A program made the position numbers and the translations under genes. A stretch of 64,000 nt of DNA from contig NC_043022.1 in NCBI RefSeq assembly GCF_006345805.1, positions 5,704,001-5,768,000 on the forward strand. The letters run 5' to 3'. This DNA is from Octopus sinensis. Lineage: Eukaryota. The notes below the pieces were generated by a model that was given only the letters and a program-made list of their open reading frames with translations, was not told the origin of the DNA and did not search any database. Below, piece after piece: positions 49,832-63,165 of the stretch (its first letter is position 1; each line of letters begins with the position of its first letter).

Positions 49832-49837
<6 letters not shown>
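49629..49837 (+). mobile_element. Penelope-like terminal-repeat remnant with hammerhead-like motif at 49701-49735
   Basis: GTTT-CCGACGA-A-AAGC-TCC-GCTC-GAAA-CGT-T-AAAC has two substitutions relative to 24309-24343. The element is flanked by (TA)n. Confidence 0.7.
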
Positions 49838-49879
<42 letters not shown>

Positions 49880-49958
49880 TATACTTGTGTACATATATAT
49901 TTTCACACACATACCTATACATACATATATGTATGCATGCATACACAAAGATGAGATA

Positions 49959-50281
49959 GGAAAGCTTGTAGCCCAGTGGTTAGGAATTTAAACTCAAACT
50001 TAACACTGTGAGTTCAATTCCTAGACAGAGCAGTGTGTTGTGACCTTGCAGAAGGTGCTTCATTTCACATTGCTCCAATCTACTCAGCTGGACAAGGGTA
50101 CCAAGGGCCAGTGCAACTCTCTCTCCAGTTGTCACAGACCCGATGTCCCTCTGAGAAGGATGTCTGTATCTAATCCAACCACATAAGCCCCTAAGAATAA
50201 TTAGAGAAAACATGCTCCATGCTACCAGGTCACAGTCCTGTGTGAGCAAAAGCTATGGTTTTATATAGGAGATATTAGAAA
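49959..50281 (+). mobile_element. SINE, CORE-like body plus tail T4
   Basis: A box TAGCCCAGTGG, B box GAGTTCAATTCC. 50030-50281 is near-identical to 43827-44080. Confidence 0.75.
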
Positions 50282-50627
50282 GATTTGACTATTATATCTA
50301 GCATATTGAAAAACTATATAGAAATTCTCGAGGTTTTGTGTAATAGTTCTGAAGATTTATTTGAATTTTAACAAGTTATTGGCAACCCTTTACCAATTCT
50401 CCAAGAGTGAGAAATAGGGATAACTTGGGTGAGAGTTGATGATCTGCCATGGTCAGTTTCAGTGGATAGATTTTGTAGGGACCAGCATGCCAAAAAATAG
50501 ACCCCACGTTTCCTTTACTTGTTGTAAGATGTAACCAAAAGAGATTGAGGTAGGATTTGCCCTCCAGCCTTGTAAAACTAGGAACCACTACTGCCAAAAA
50601 CAGACCGAAGGGTTGTAGGATTGTGGC

Positions 50628-51610
50628 CTGAGTGGTACAAAGGTGTCATCCACCAGGAGTTGAAGGGAATTACCAATGGTGAATGCAGTGACACACTGTC
50701 ACACCACATGCCCCTATACTACTACTACTACTAACTACTACTACTACTGTCTGTCTGTATATGAGAGGGGGACCAGAATGTCAAAGACTCACCTGAGTGG
50801 TGCAAAAGTGTCATCCACCAGGTATTGTAGGGAATCACCAACAAATGGTGAATGCAGTGACACACGGTGACAGTGTATGCCCCTGCCCCTATACTACTAC
50901 TACTACTACTACTACTGTCTGTCTGTCTGTATGTATATGGGAGGGGGACCAGAATGTCAAAGAATAGACCCAACACATCCTCTGTATATCACGAAAGCCA
51001 ACTAAAAGAGGCTGAGGTAGGATTTGAACTCTGACCTCGTCAAGCCATCTCCAGCAATGGATGGAAGCACTCCGTCGGTTACGACGATGAGGGTTCCGGT
51101 TGATCCGATCAACGGAACAGCCTGCTCGTGAAATTAACGTGCGAGTGGCTGAGCACTCCACAGACACGTGTACCCTTAACGTAGTTCTCGGGGATATTCA
51201 CCGTGACACAGAGAGTGACAAGGCCGGCCCTTTGAAATATAGGTACAACAGAAACAGGAAGTAAGAGTGAGAGAAAGTTGTGGTGAAAGAGTACAGCAGG
51301 GATCACCACCATCCCCTGCCGGAGCCTCATGGAGCTTTAGGTGTTTTCGCTCAATAAACACTCACAACGCCCGGTCTGGGAATCGAAACTGCGATCCTAT
51401 GACCGTGAGTCCGCTGCCCTAACCACTGGGCCATTGCGCCTCCACTTGTCTCCAGCAATGACTACCTCCAGACAGACCCATGGGTTGGAGGGTTCTCACC
51501 TGAGTGGTGCAAAGGTGTCATCCACCAGGGGTGGTGGAGAATCACCAACAAATGCTGGCTGCAGCAACACACTGTGGCAGCGCATACCCCTATATTGCTA
51601 TTACTATTAC
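50628..51610 (+). repeat. About 165-bp unit ending in (TAC)n, two tandem copies plus a third at 51495-51610
   Basis: CTGAGTGGT(A/G)CAAA...CATCCACCAGG...CCCCTATA(CTA)n at 50628, 50793 and 51500. Confidence 0.7.
51060..51445 (-). mobile_element. Full-length SINE, head B2 plus tail T1, with 12-bp TSD
   Basis: TSD TCTCCAGCAATG at 51048-51059 and 51449-51460. Confidence 0.9.
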
Positions 51611-51924
51611 ATGAGCTTTGTAAACAGGGTCTCCTGTATTAATTACGTTAATGAGGCAAGAGACTACCTTTCCTTGAGATGGAACACACTGTAGCACATT
51701 TCCAACGATCAAGATAAATCCCTCTTGGGAGGGCAAGATTGAAAAGAGTTTGGTGAACACAGGGGTAACCTCTGGGCTGCAATGTTTCGGGGTAATGGAA
51801 CTGTGCCCAACTTTACAAGGTGTAACAAGAGGGCAATTAGGGCTCCAGTGTCCTTTTAAAAATTCAAAATAACCAAGAAATTCCTATATTCTTTGACTGT
51901 TTTCTTACCATATTTCTATGAAGT

Positions 51925-52353
51925 ACTCTCTCTCTTTTACTCTTTTACTTGTTTCAGTCATTTGACTGCGGCCATGCTGGAGCACCGCCTTTAATCGAGC
52001 AACTCGACCCCGGGACTTATTCTTTTGTAAGCCCAGTACTTATTCTATCAGTCTCTTTTGCCGAACCGCTAGGTAACGGGGACATAAACACACCAGCATC
52101 GGTTGTCAAGCAATGCTAGGGGGACAAACACAGACAAACAAACATACACACACACACACACACACACACATACATATATATACACATATATCCGACAGGC
52201 TTCTTTCAATTTCCGTCTACCAAATCCACTCACAAGGCTTTGGTCGGTCCGAGGCTATAGTAGAAGACACTTGCTCAAGGTGCTAGGCAGTGGGACTGAA
52301 CCCGGAACCATGTGGTTGGTAAACAAGCTACTTACCACACAGCCACTCCTGTG

Positions 52354-52401
<48 letters not shown>

Positions 52402-52440
52402 CAATATATATATATATATATAATATATATATATATATAT

Positions 52441-52514
<74 letters not shown>

Positions 52515-52523
52515 ATATATAAT

Positions 52524-52571
<48 letters not shown>

Positions 52572-52996
52572 TATATGTATGTATAAGGACAGGCATGGCC
52601 GTGTGGTAAGAAGCTTGCTTCTCATCCACATGGTTCCGAGTTCAGTTCCACTGCATGGCAACTTGGGCCAGTGTCTTCTACTATAGCCATGGGCTGACCA
52701 AAGCCTTGTGAGTGGATTTGGTAGACGGAAACTGAAAGAAGCCTGTCGTGTGTGTATATGTGTGCGTTGTGTCTGTGTTTGCCCCCCACAGACATACACC
52801 ACCACCATCGCTTGATAACTGGTGTTAGTGTGTTTACATCCCTGTCACTTAATAGTTCAGCAAAAGAAACTAATAGAATAAGTATACCAGGTTTAAAAAA
52901 AAAATACAATTTGTTCAACTAAAATCTTTTCAAGGTGATGCCCCAGTATGGCCACAGCCTAATGACTGAAACAAGCAAAAGTTCAAAGGTAAAAGA
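51925..52996. mobile_element. Two divergent head-to-head SINE-A copies (51925-52355 minus, 52587-52996 plus)
   Basis: Separated by a (TA)n tract. Confidence 0.85.
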
Positions 52997-53499
52997 ACAG
53001 GACTGGTAGCAATAACTGCAGGCCAACAAAGGGAGCCTGCATGCAGCGGATCAATTTGCTAGAAATAGAAACCAAAGTCACCCCATAATCACCACTTAAG
53101 TCCTTAATAACGAAAGGACCCCTTGGCTGATGTAGAACCTGGTTTATGAAAACACGGGATGGTCATGGCCGGAATAGTTTTGATCGTAGGTTTGCACTAT
53201 CAGAGTTGACTTAATGCTAAGCAGCAACAACGACATTGACAACAACAACAGTAAGAACAATATCAAACGATGCTCCCAGGTGTTGTGTGTGTGTGTGTTC
53301 ACCTTTGAGGAAGAGATGAAAGACAATGTGACACACTCACTCCTGACGCCATAGGCTTTCAACAGGGGTGGGGGGAGATTGGCACAACTCCAACAACAAG
53401 AACAACAATAAAAATAGTAACAACAACAACAACAAATGGTGAAGCTGCAAGGATTGCAAACAGAAGAGCTGAAGTGTACTTGGCTGTGATGGTAGCCAT

Positions 53500-53830
53500 G
53501 AGGATTGTGGTGGCGATGGTGGTGGTGGTGGTTGGGGAGGTGGTGGTGGTGGTGGTGGCGGCGGTGGTGGTGGTGGTGGCGGCGGTGGTGGTGGTGGAGG
53601 AGGTGCTGGTGGTCGTGGTGGAGGAGGAGGTGCTGGTGGTGGTGGTGGTGGTGGTGGTGTTGGCGGTGGTGGTGGTGGTGGAGGAGGTGGTGGTGGTGGT
53701 GGTGGTGGTGGAGGTGGCAGTAGAGATGGAGGTGGTGGTACTCATCCCTGTAGTTGTAGGCTGATGGTGATGGTGGTTGTGGTGGTCATCAGTAGTCTTC
53801 CCTGTTGTGTGGTGGTGGTGGTGGTTGTGG
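53500..53830. repeat. (GGT)n tract
   Basis: Directly visible. It explains the poly-V/T/W ORFs. Confidence 0.9.
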
Positions 53831-54468
53831 GTTTGGTAAGCAGTCAGGTTTAGTGGAGGTGTGTATGGAGGGAGTGGGTGGTCAGGGCAGGGCAGGGCAG
53901 GGCAGCTGACTCAATGAAAGAAGTAGATAGTGAGATGATGATACCATGAGATGAGAAAGAGAGAGAGAGAGAGGAGGGTGGAGAATGGAGGGATAAGGAA
54001 GAGGTGTGTTTAGTTATGAACAATGACCACCACACAAAGGGACCCCCAACAAGCCTTGTGTTTATTTTAGCTCTCTGCATTCATTTCAGATTCACACCCA
54101 GTCACACACACACACATACATATATAAATCTATACACACAGAAAAACACACATACATACACACATAAATACATAAATCTATCCTTCTATCTGTGTGTGTG
54201 TGTGTGTATTTTTTATCTTTTACTTGTTTCAGTCATTAGATTGTGGCCATGCTGGGGCACTGCCTTGAGTTTTTAGTCAAACTAATTGACCCCAGTGCCT
54301 CTTTTATTTTTAAAGCCTGCTACTAACTCTTTCATTCTCTTTGGCCGAACCGTTAAGCTATGGGGATGTAAACACACCTACACTGGTTGTCAAACAGTGA
54401 TGGGGAACAGACACAAAGGCATACACCTAGAACATATACATACATACATACATACATATATATATCTA

Positions 54469-54508
<40 letters not shown>

Positions 54509-54772
54509 TACTACTGGTCTTTGTGAAACCGGTACTAAAATGTTCTTCATGATAAAATTATTTTAGCATTTTCTACCTTGTCTTATTTTCCTTATACATA
54601 TTAACTTATGTGCTCCTTTCAACCTTATATATAATATACATACATATATATATATATAAATTAATCAAAATAAAAACAGCGGTACCGCATTATGTCGTAC
54701 GTGAATGAGAGGATTTGCACCCCCAACGTAGAATTTTTGATGTAACACATGTCCTTGAGGTAGTAATTGTGC

Positions 54773-54850
54773 GCGGCTGAAGAAAGCCATAGACACACAT
54801 TATGCATTGTTATAAATCCGTCTAATAAAGGCCCGAAACATATGTACCGC
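54773..54850 (+). ncRNA. Type I hammerhead ribozyme-like motif with canonical core
   Basis: GCGG-CTGAAGA-[AA GCC..TAGAC..GTCTA..GGC CC]-GAAA-CATATG-T-A-CCGC: 4-bp GC stem I, extended stem II, palindromic stem III, GUA triplet. Confidence 0.65.
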
Positions 54851-55027
54851 TGAATCCTTGGCATCATATTTTTATTTTGATTAATTTACTCTACCTACAC
54901 CACCAAACGGTATATACAGGTGCTTACAATTATCAAGTTCTCACCCTGAATTTTTGTATATATATATATTATATATATAATATATTATATATGTATATAT
55001 ATATGTATATGTGACGGTTATTCAGTT

Positions 55028-55096
55028 GCCATTAACTGACAAGATGCCTGAGCAGATTTCCGCCTTGACATCCGAAACTCACAGTTTTATTATGGC
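55028..55096 (+). ncRNA. Type I hammerhead-like fold with a mutated core
   Basis: GCCATTAA-CTGACAA-GATG...CATC-C-GAAA-CT-CAC-AGT-T-TTA(TT)ATGGC. The G8-to-A change is consistent with CpG decay. Confidence 0.45.
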
Positions 55097-55251
55097 CACC
55101 AAATAATTGCCACATATTATTTTATAGATAAATTCTCTATTTACATATATCGAGGTCTCATTCATTGTTTTGTTGTCATACCATTACAATTAATATATAT
55201 ATATATATATATATATATCTATATATATATATATATATCATCATCATCATC

Positions 55252-55535
55252 ATTCGTTAACATCTGCTTTCCATGCTAGCATGGGTTGTACGATTTGACT
55301 GAGGTCTGGCAAACCAGATGGCTGCACCAGACTCCAATCTGATCTGGCAGAGTTTCTACAGCTTGATGCCCTTCCTAACGCCAACCACTCCGAGAGTGTA
55401 GTGGGTGCTTTTATATGCCACCGGCACTAGGGCCAGTCAGGCGGTACTGGCAACAGCCATGCTCAAACGGTGCTTTTTATGTGCCACCTGCACAGGAGCC
55501 AGTCCAGCAGCACTGGCAATGACCTCACAGCACTG
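55252..55535 (-). mobile_element. RTE 3' UTR fragment
   Basis: Matches 33850-34104 in reverse complement. Confidence 0.75.
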
Positions 55536-55915
55536 GCAACGACGCAGGTAATAAGGCGAGGTTTTCTTTCAGTTTCCGTTTACCAAATCCATGCACAAGG
55601 CTTTGGTCGACCTGAGGCTATAGCGGAAGACACTTGCCGAAGATGCTATGCAATGGGACTGAACCAGGAACCATGTGGTTGGGAAGCGAGCTTCTTACCA
55701 CACAGTCACATATCTTTTATCTTTTTACTTGTGTCAGTCATCAGACAGTGGCCATGCTGGGGCACAGCATTGAAGGGTTTAGTTAAACCAATCTACCCCA
55801 GAACTTCTTTTTTGTTATTCAAAAAACTGGTACTTTTTCTAATGGTCAATTTCTGAAGAGTCGCTAAGTGACGGGGATGTAAACAAACCAACACTGGTTG
55901 TCAAAAGGTGGTGAG

Positions 55916-55946
<31 letters not shown>

Positions 55947-56381
55947 TACATATATATACACTCTTTTACTTGTTTCAGTCATTTGATTGCAGCCATGCTG
56001 GAGCACCACCTTTAGTTGAACAAATCCACTCCTTATTATTTGTAATCCTAGTACTTATTCTATCAGTCACTTTGCCAAACCACTAAGTTATGGGGACGTA
56101 AACACACCAACATCGGTTGTCAAGTGATGGCAGGGAAACAAACACAGGCACAAAACCATATACAGTTTCCATCTACCAAATCCACTGACAAGGATTTGGT
56201 AGGGCCAAAGCTATACCAGAAGAGACTTGCCCCAGTTGCCACACTGTGGGGTTGAACCCAGAACCATGTGATTGGGAAGCAAGCTACTTACCACACAGCC
56301 ACTCCTGCAACCTATATATGATTGATTGATTGATTGATTCTAGTTTCAGCTTATGAGCTGTGGCCATGCTGGGGCACCGCC

Positions 56382-56423
<42 letters not shown>

Positions 56424-56465
56424 CAGACAGACACAGACAAGTATATATATATATTGATATATATA

Positions 56466-56506
<41 letters not shown>

Positions 56507-57165
56507 AAGATATAAAAACAGGCTTCTTTTTTGTTTCCATATACCAAATCCACTCACAAGGCTTTGGTCAGCCCGAGGCTATAGCAGAAGACATTTACAC
56601 AAGGTGCCACACAGTAGGACTGAACCCGGAACCATGTGGTTGAGAACCAAGCTTCTTACCACACAGCCACTCATGCAGACATATACGCATACCTAAATCT
56701 ATACATGTATATAAAAACACACACACGCATGCACACAAGTGCACTCATTCAAATTTATATACACCCATTTCCAGCTAATCATGCGAATGCACTCAGTGCA
56801 TACCTACCATGAACCGATCTACATACTTTTAACCCCTGCCCCCACACTAAATGGTTTAAAAACATCCACTGCAGACAGACTTATATACACCTACGTATAG
56901 ACACCCACGTACACACACCCACGTTTATGCAGAGAAACTAGATAAACATATTCACGTGCATTCATGTATATAATATATGTTATATATACATACATACACA
57001 CACACATATATAATTAAATATACATATATAATATATATATATATATATAATATATATATATATATACACATACATACATACATACATATATATGTATGTA
57101 TGATATATATAATATATATATATATATATATGTATATTTAATTATATATGTGGTGTGTATGTATG

Positions 57166-57204
<39 letters not shown>

Positions 57205-57279
57205 TATATACATACATAAACACACATACCACACACATATATATAAATATACATACATACATACATAAACATATATATG

Positions 57280-57322
<43 letters not shown>

Positions 57323-57384
57323 CACACACACCAACACACCTACATCTACGTAACTGAAGACTTATAAACACGTATCTTCATGAG

Positions 57385-57805
57385 ACAGTGGTGGTGATGG
57401 TGGTGGTGATGACAGTAGTGGTAGATGTAGTGGTGGTGGTAGTAGCAGGGATGTTGGTGATTGTAGTGGTAGTTGTAGAGATTGTGGTGATGATGGTTGC
57501 AGTGTTAGTGGTGGTGGTGGGGGGGCTGATATAATGTTAATGATGGCAATGGTGGTGGTTATGTTGTTTGTGGTGGTTGTGATGGTGGTGGTGGTGGTAG
57601 TAGTAGTGGTGGCTGTGATGGAGGTAGTGGTAGTGGTGGTGACAGTAGTTGCAGTGGCGGTGGTGATGTTGGTGGTTGTTGTGGTAGTGGTAGTTGTGGT
57701 GGTGGTGATGATGATGGTGGTGGTTGTAATAGTGGTAGTTGTGGTGGTGCTGGTGGTGGTTGTAATAGTGGTAGTTGTGGTGGTGCTGGTGGTGGTGGAG
57801 GTGGT
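57385..57805. repeat. (GGT)/(AGT)/(GTT) triplet tract
   Basis: Directly visible. Confidence 0.9.
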
Positions 57806-58755
57806 GGGCGTTGAAAGAAGGCTGAAAAAAAAGCTGTTAAACACAATGATAATAATTTCCTCTTTCCACCATTGCCCACCCGTACCCACCTCCCGCCCCC
57901 GTACTCCCCCCTCCCCCACCTCGCCGCTGATCGTTTCTCTACCAACAACCTGTTTGCCCCTACTCAAAACAGTTCAGCCGAATGAAGGACACAGCGCAAC
58001 AGAACAGCTGAAAACATCCAACGAGACCTTCCTGTCGTCGTCGTCGACTCACGACTCCCCTATAATTAGGCCTGTCACAGCACCATGCCACCCGACCATT
58101 ACTTCATAAACTAGTGTTTAGTGAGAAAGTAGCTTCGGTTGCTACAGAACTGAGAGCCAACAAAGAACAAGCAGACAACAGACTTAACCGTTTTCATGCC
58201 AATCCATGTGAAACTACCTCTCGTTTCACAGTACAAAGCGTCCAACTTTGAATTAATCATATTTAAATTAAAATCATTCATCGTGATTTTATGCATGAGT
58301 ATTTTTGTTCACTTAATGTTTCCAATACGATTATTAGAAGGAAAGCATAATGAATAGGGAGTTATTTGTCGAGGGGCTGGTCAGAGAGATGTCCAGTGAA
58401 TAGACGAGAGATATAATTTATTGAGAACCACCTGATGGACAAGTTTTGATCCAATGATCCATGGAATTTATTCTGTGGACTCTTGGAGTGGATTGAAGCA
58501 TGTCCGTCAAGCTGTAGTTGATAAATTATAATGAAAAGATGTTGGTTATTATAGCTAAAGTTCTCAAAATACTTGCTCATTTTCAAAATTAATTAAAACA
58601 CATGCAGTGTGTATATTTTATTAGAAATATGGCTGCAAATGTGTTAATAAATAATGAATTAAAAAAAATGGGCACAAACACTCTCGTGATATAAAGGAAA
58701 GGTGTAGTAAGATGCAAGGTGTAAAATATAATAGACACACACTTTCAACAACTAG

Positions 58756-59185
58756 CTGACACACATTTCATGAATTTATATAGATAGCTCACACACATTT
58801 CATGAATCTATATAGATAGCTCACACACATTTCATGAATCTATATAGATATCTCACACACATTTCATGAATTTAAATAGATAGCTCACACACATTACATA
58901 CATTTAATGTAGCTAGCTCACACACATTTCATGAATTTATATAGATAGCACACACACATTTCATGAATTTATATAGATAGCTCACACACATTTCATGAAT
59001 CTATATAGATAGCTCACACACATTTCATGAATCTATATAGATAGCTCACACACATTTCATGAATTTATATAGATAGCTCACACACATTACATACATTTTA
59101 TGTAGCTAGCTCACACACATTTATTGAATTTATATAGATAGCTCACACACATTTCATGCATCTGTGTAGCTAGCTCACACACATT
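58756..59185. repeat. 32-bp minisatellite, about 13 copies, with higher-order structure
   Basis: Unit CTCACACACATTTCATGAAT(C/T)TATATAGATAG. Confidence 0.95.
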
Positions 59186-59786
59186 CATTATCTTCCTCAT
59201 CATCATCATCAGGTATGACTGTGTGATAAAGAAGCTTGCTTCTCAACCATGTGGTTTTGGGTTCAGTCCCACTGCATGGCATCTCAGGCGTGGCTGTGTG
59301 GTATGAAACTTGCTTACCAACCACATGGTTCCAGGTTCAGTCCTACTGCATGGCATCTTGGGGCAAGTGTCTTCTACTATAGCCTCAGGCTGACCAAAGA
59401 CTTCTGAGTGGATTTGGCAGATGGAAACTGAAAGAAGCCTGTCATGTATTTATGTATGTATGTGCATGTGTATGTGTGTGTATGTGCGTGTCTTTGAATC
59501 CATGTTGTCTCCCTACCATCACTCGACAACCGGTGTTGGTGTGTTTACGTCCCGTAACTTAGTGGTTCGGCAAAGAGACCGATAGAATAAGTACTAGGCT
59601 CACAAAGAATGAGTCCTGGGGTCAAATTGTTCAACAAAAACACTCCAAGGTGGTGCTCCAGAATGGTCACAGTCAAATAATGGCTCAAACAAGTAAAAAA
59701 AGAATTGAGTACAAGTGGCACATTTAAATCATTTGTGTTTTACTTGTTTCAGTCACTGCTCTGTGGCCATACTGGGGCACCTCTCT

Positions 59787-60410
59787 GTTAGTTAGTTAAT
59801 TTTTGGCTCAAAAAGCAAAAAGCAAGGCCATGTAGGGGGACATGGAGTTAAGTTCAGACCACTTGTGGTCAAGGGAGACTTTGAACCGAGCAGTCGTCGG
59901 CATCTTCACCATCTCGTCCGGCAGCTTATTCCACGGATCCGCAACCTGGACGGAGAAAGCCCCTGTCCTTCGATTGAGATGAAATCATCGCAGATTAAGC
60001 TTTTCCGAGTGACCCCGCAGCCGACGCTCTGGAGCAGGAGTGAAGAACAGCTCTTTTGAGAGGTTACACTTTCCGCTTATGATGTTGTGAGCAAGAATGA
60101 TATCACCACGGCGGCGGCGTTTTTCTAGAGAATAATGGTCGAGCGTCTTCAGCCTTTCTTCATAAGACAAATTCTTGAGACCAAGAACCATGCGGGTAGC
60201 CAGCTTCTGGACTCTTTCGAGATGCTGTATGTCTTTGAGGAGATAAGGAGAAGCGGCTTGAATCCCATACTCCAATATAGGTCTCACCAGCGTGGCATAG
60301 AGCGGTAGGAATATGGCTGCTGTGAGCATTCCGAATGACCGTCGAATCAAGAACAGAACTCCGCGTGCTTTGTTGGCAGCATGGACGCACTGGGCCGAAG
60401 GTGAAAAGGA
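59787..60410 (-). pseudogene. CR1-clade LINE 3' fragment nested in a SINE-A
   Basis: SAQCVHAANKARGVLFLIRRSF...LVRPILEYG...LERVQKLATRMV...SYEERL...RGDII...RGHS...*...FSVQVADPWNKLP is a CR1 ORF2 C-terminus with one CGA>TGA stop, ending in a (TAAC)n tail. Confidence 0.92.
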
Positions 60411-60763
60411 TAGTCAAACAAATCAACCCTAGTGCTTATTTTTTAAGGTATGGTACAATTTTAATTGTCCTTTCTGTCAAACCACTATGTCAAAGGGATA
60501 TAAACAAACCAACTACGGTTGTCAAGCAATGGTACGAGACAAACACAAACATATAGACATGTAGACATACACACAATCGCGCACACACACACACAAACAA
60601 TTGTGTATATCCATGATGGGCTTCCTCACAGTTTCCATCTACCAATCCCACTCACAAGCCTTTAGTCAGCCTGATGCGATAGTAGAAGACACTTGTTGAA
60701 GGTGCCACGCAATGGGACTGAACCTGGAACCATGTTGAGAAGCAAGCTTTTAAACCACATGGT

Positions 60764-61095
60764 CATGCCTGTGCCTGGTCACACCTGTTCCAAGCAATAC
60801 TTGTGCATGGCCACACCTATGCCTAGTCACACCTGCTCCAAGCAACACCTGTGCATGGCCACACCTGTTGCAAGTCATACCTATGCCTGACCATACCTGT
60901 GGCTGGCTACACCTGTTCCAAGACATACCTGTGCCTAGCCATACTTGTGCCTAGCCATACTTGTACCTAGCCATAACTATGTCTAGCCACACCTGTTCTG
61001 AGCCATACCTATGCCTGACCACGCCTGTGCCTGGCCATACTTGTTCTTAGCCATACCTGTGCCTAGCAACACACCTGTACCTAGCCATACCTGAG
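60764..61095. repeat. 16-bp degenerate minisatellite derived from the SINE-A head
   Basis: Unit CATACCTGTGCCTAGC, about 20 copies, contiguous with a minus-strand SINE-A 5' end. Confidence 0.75.
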
Positions 61096-62098
61096 TCAAA
61101 ATAAGATGTCCTGAGGCTAAACAATAACAACAGAAATTAACAAAGTTTTCAATTCAACAGACCCTTATTTGTTTAACATCATTCCTCCAAAACATGAAGG
61201 CACAAAAGAAATAAAATGCCCCAAAACACCCTCAAAGCACCAAATTCCTACCAAAATATACCTGAAAAAGCACTCTGCCCCCCCCCCCCGCACCCCCATC
61301 CACTCAGATTAATTCCTTTCCATTATACATGAATGAGCAACGAAGTTGAAATAGATTTTTAATACTCATTAAACCAGATGGGGCTCTTAAGTTAAGAGAT
61401 AATCCGGACGGCAACTGGGCGAAACTTATTCCCGGCATATCAATCATGGAGTTTAAAATCAGATATGCTCTTGTGTGTGTGTGTGAGTGCAGGTGTTTGG
61501 GAGAAAGGGAAAAAATGGTGGGTGGTAGAAAGAAGAAAAGAAAGAAGAACTGCAAAAGGAATCTGGAAGGTGTGTGAGAGAGAGAGAGAGAGTAAAATAA
61601 CAGAAGTGAAAGAGAGAAAAACATGCAATGGAGAGAGAAATAGAAAAAAGAGGGGGAGAAAAATTGAGGAGATATCAGAGAGATATCAGAGCTGCTACTG
61701 ACAGAAAAAAACACCAGAGGGAAACAGGACAGATGCTGCAAACCAAGAGATAAAAATTCTAAACAGACAACACCCTGCATCATCTGACTAAATGGATGAA
61801 ACAGATGGCATGTCCCATGATGAGAAGAAAACAACAATGTTATTTCATTTGTCTACCATTTATGATTTTGTGGTATGCCATTGTTGTTCAATTATGGAGT
61901 TGTGACGGTGTTTGTTGAATATCAATAAACTTGAAATACGAGGAAGGGTCATGGGTGGACACAAGAACAAACAGAAAAACAAAACAAAGGAATGTTGATT
62001 CATTGTCGAGAAAAGTGGCCCCATAATGACCCCACATATGCAGTATACATATTTCTGTGTGTGTGTATATGCATGTAGAGTTTCACGTGTTTGTGTGT

Positions 62099-62153
<55 letters not shown>

Positions 62154-62304
62154 CACATATATATATACATATACACACATATATATACAACATATATGTA
62201 TGTATATACATACATATATATATACACACACATACATACGTACATATATATACAAACATACATAGATATACATACATATACTGTATATATATATATATAT
62301 GTAT

Positions 62305-62663
62305 AGGAGTGGCTGTGTGGTAAGTAGTTTGCTAACCAACCACACGGTTGCGGGTTCAGTCCCACTGCGTGGCATCTTGGGCAAGTGTCTTCTGCTATAG
62401 ACCCGGGCCGACCAATGCCTTGTGAGTGGATTTGGTAGACGGAAACTGAAGAAGCCTGTCGTATATATGTATATGTATGTGTGGTGTGTGTTTGTGTGTC
62501 TGTGTTTGTCCCCTAGCATTGCTTGACAAACCGATGCTGGTGTGTTTACGTCCCCGTCACTTAGCGGTCCAGCAAAAAAGACCGATAGAATAAGTACTAA
62601 AAGGTGGTGCTCCAGCATGGCCGCAGTCAATGACCGAAACAAGTAAAAGAGTAAAAGAGAGAG
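62305..62663 (+). mobile_element. SINE-A with an internal deletion
   Basis: Head and tail present; the segment between AAGTACT and AAAAGGTGG is missing. Confidence 0.85.
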
Positions 62664-62875
62664 TATATATATATATGTTAATATATATATATATATATAT
62701 ATATATACGTATATATATATATGCATAGATATATATACATACATATTATACATATACACATACATATATATATATATATAATATATATATATATATGTGT
62801 GTGCGTGTGTGTGTGTGTATGTATGTATAAGTATATATGTATGTATATATATATATGTATATATATATGTATTAC

Positions 62876-63122
62876 TGGCACATGTAAAAACATTCGAGTG
62901 AGGTCGTTGCCAGTACCACCTGACTGGCCCCCATGCTGGTGGCACTTAAAAGCACCCACTACACTCTCAGAGTGGTTGGCGTTAGGAAGGGCATCCAGCT
63001 GCAGAAACTCTGCCAGATCAAGATTGGAGCCTGGTGCAGCCTTCTGGTTCGCCAGTCCTCAGTCAAATCGTCCAACCCATGCTAGCATGGAAAGCGGACG
63101 TTAAACGATGATGATGTATGTG

Positions 63123-63165
<43 letters not shown>

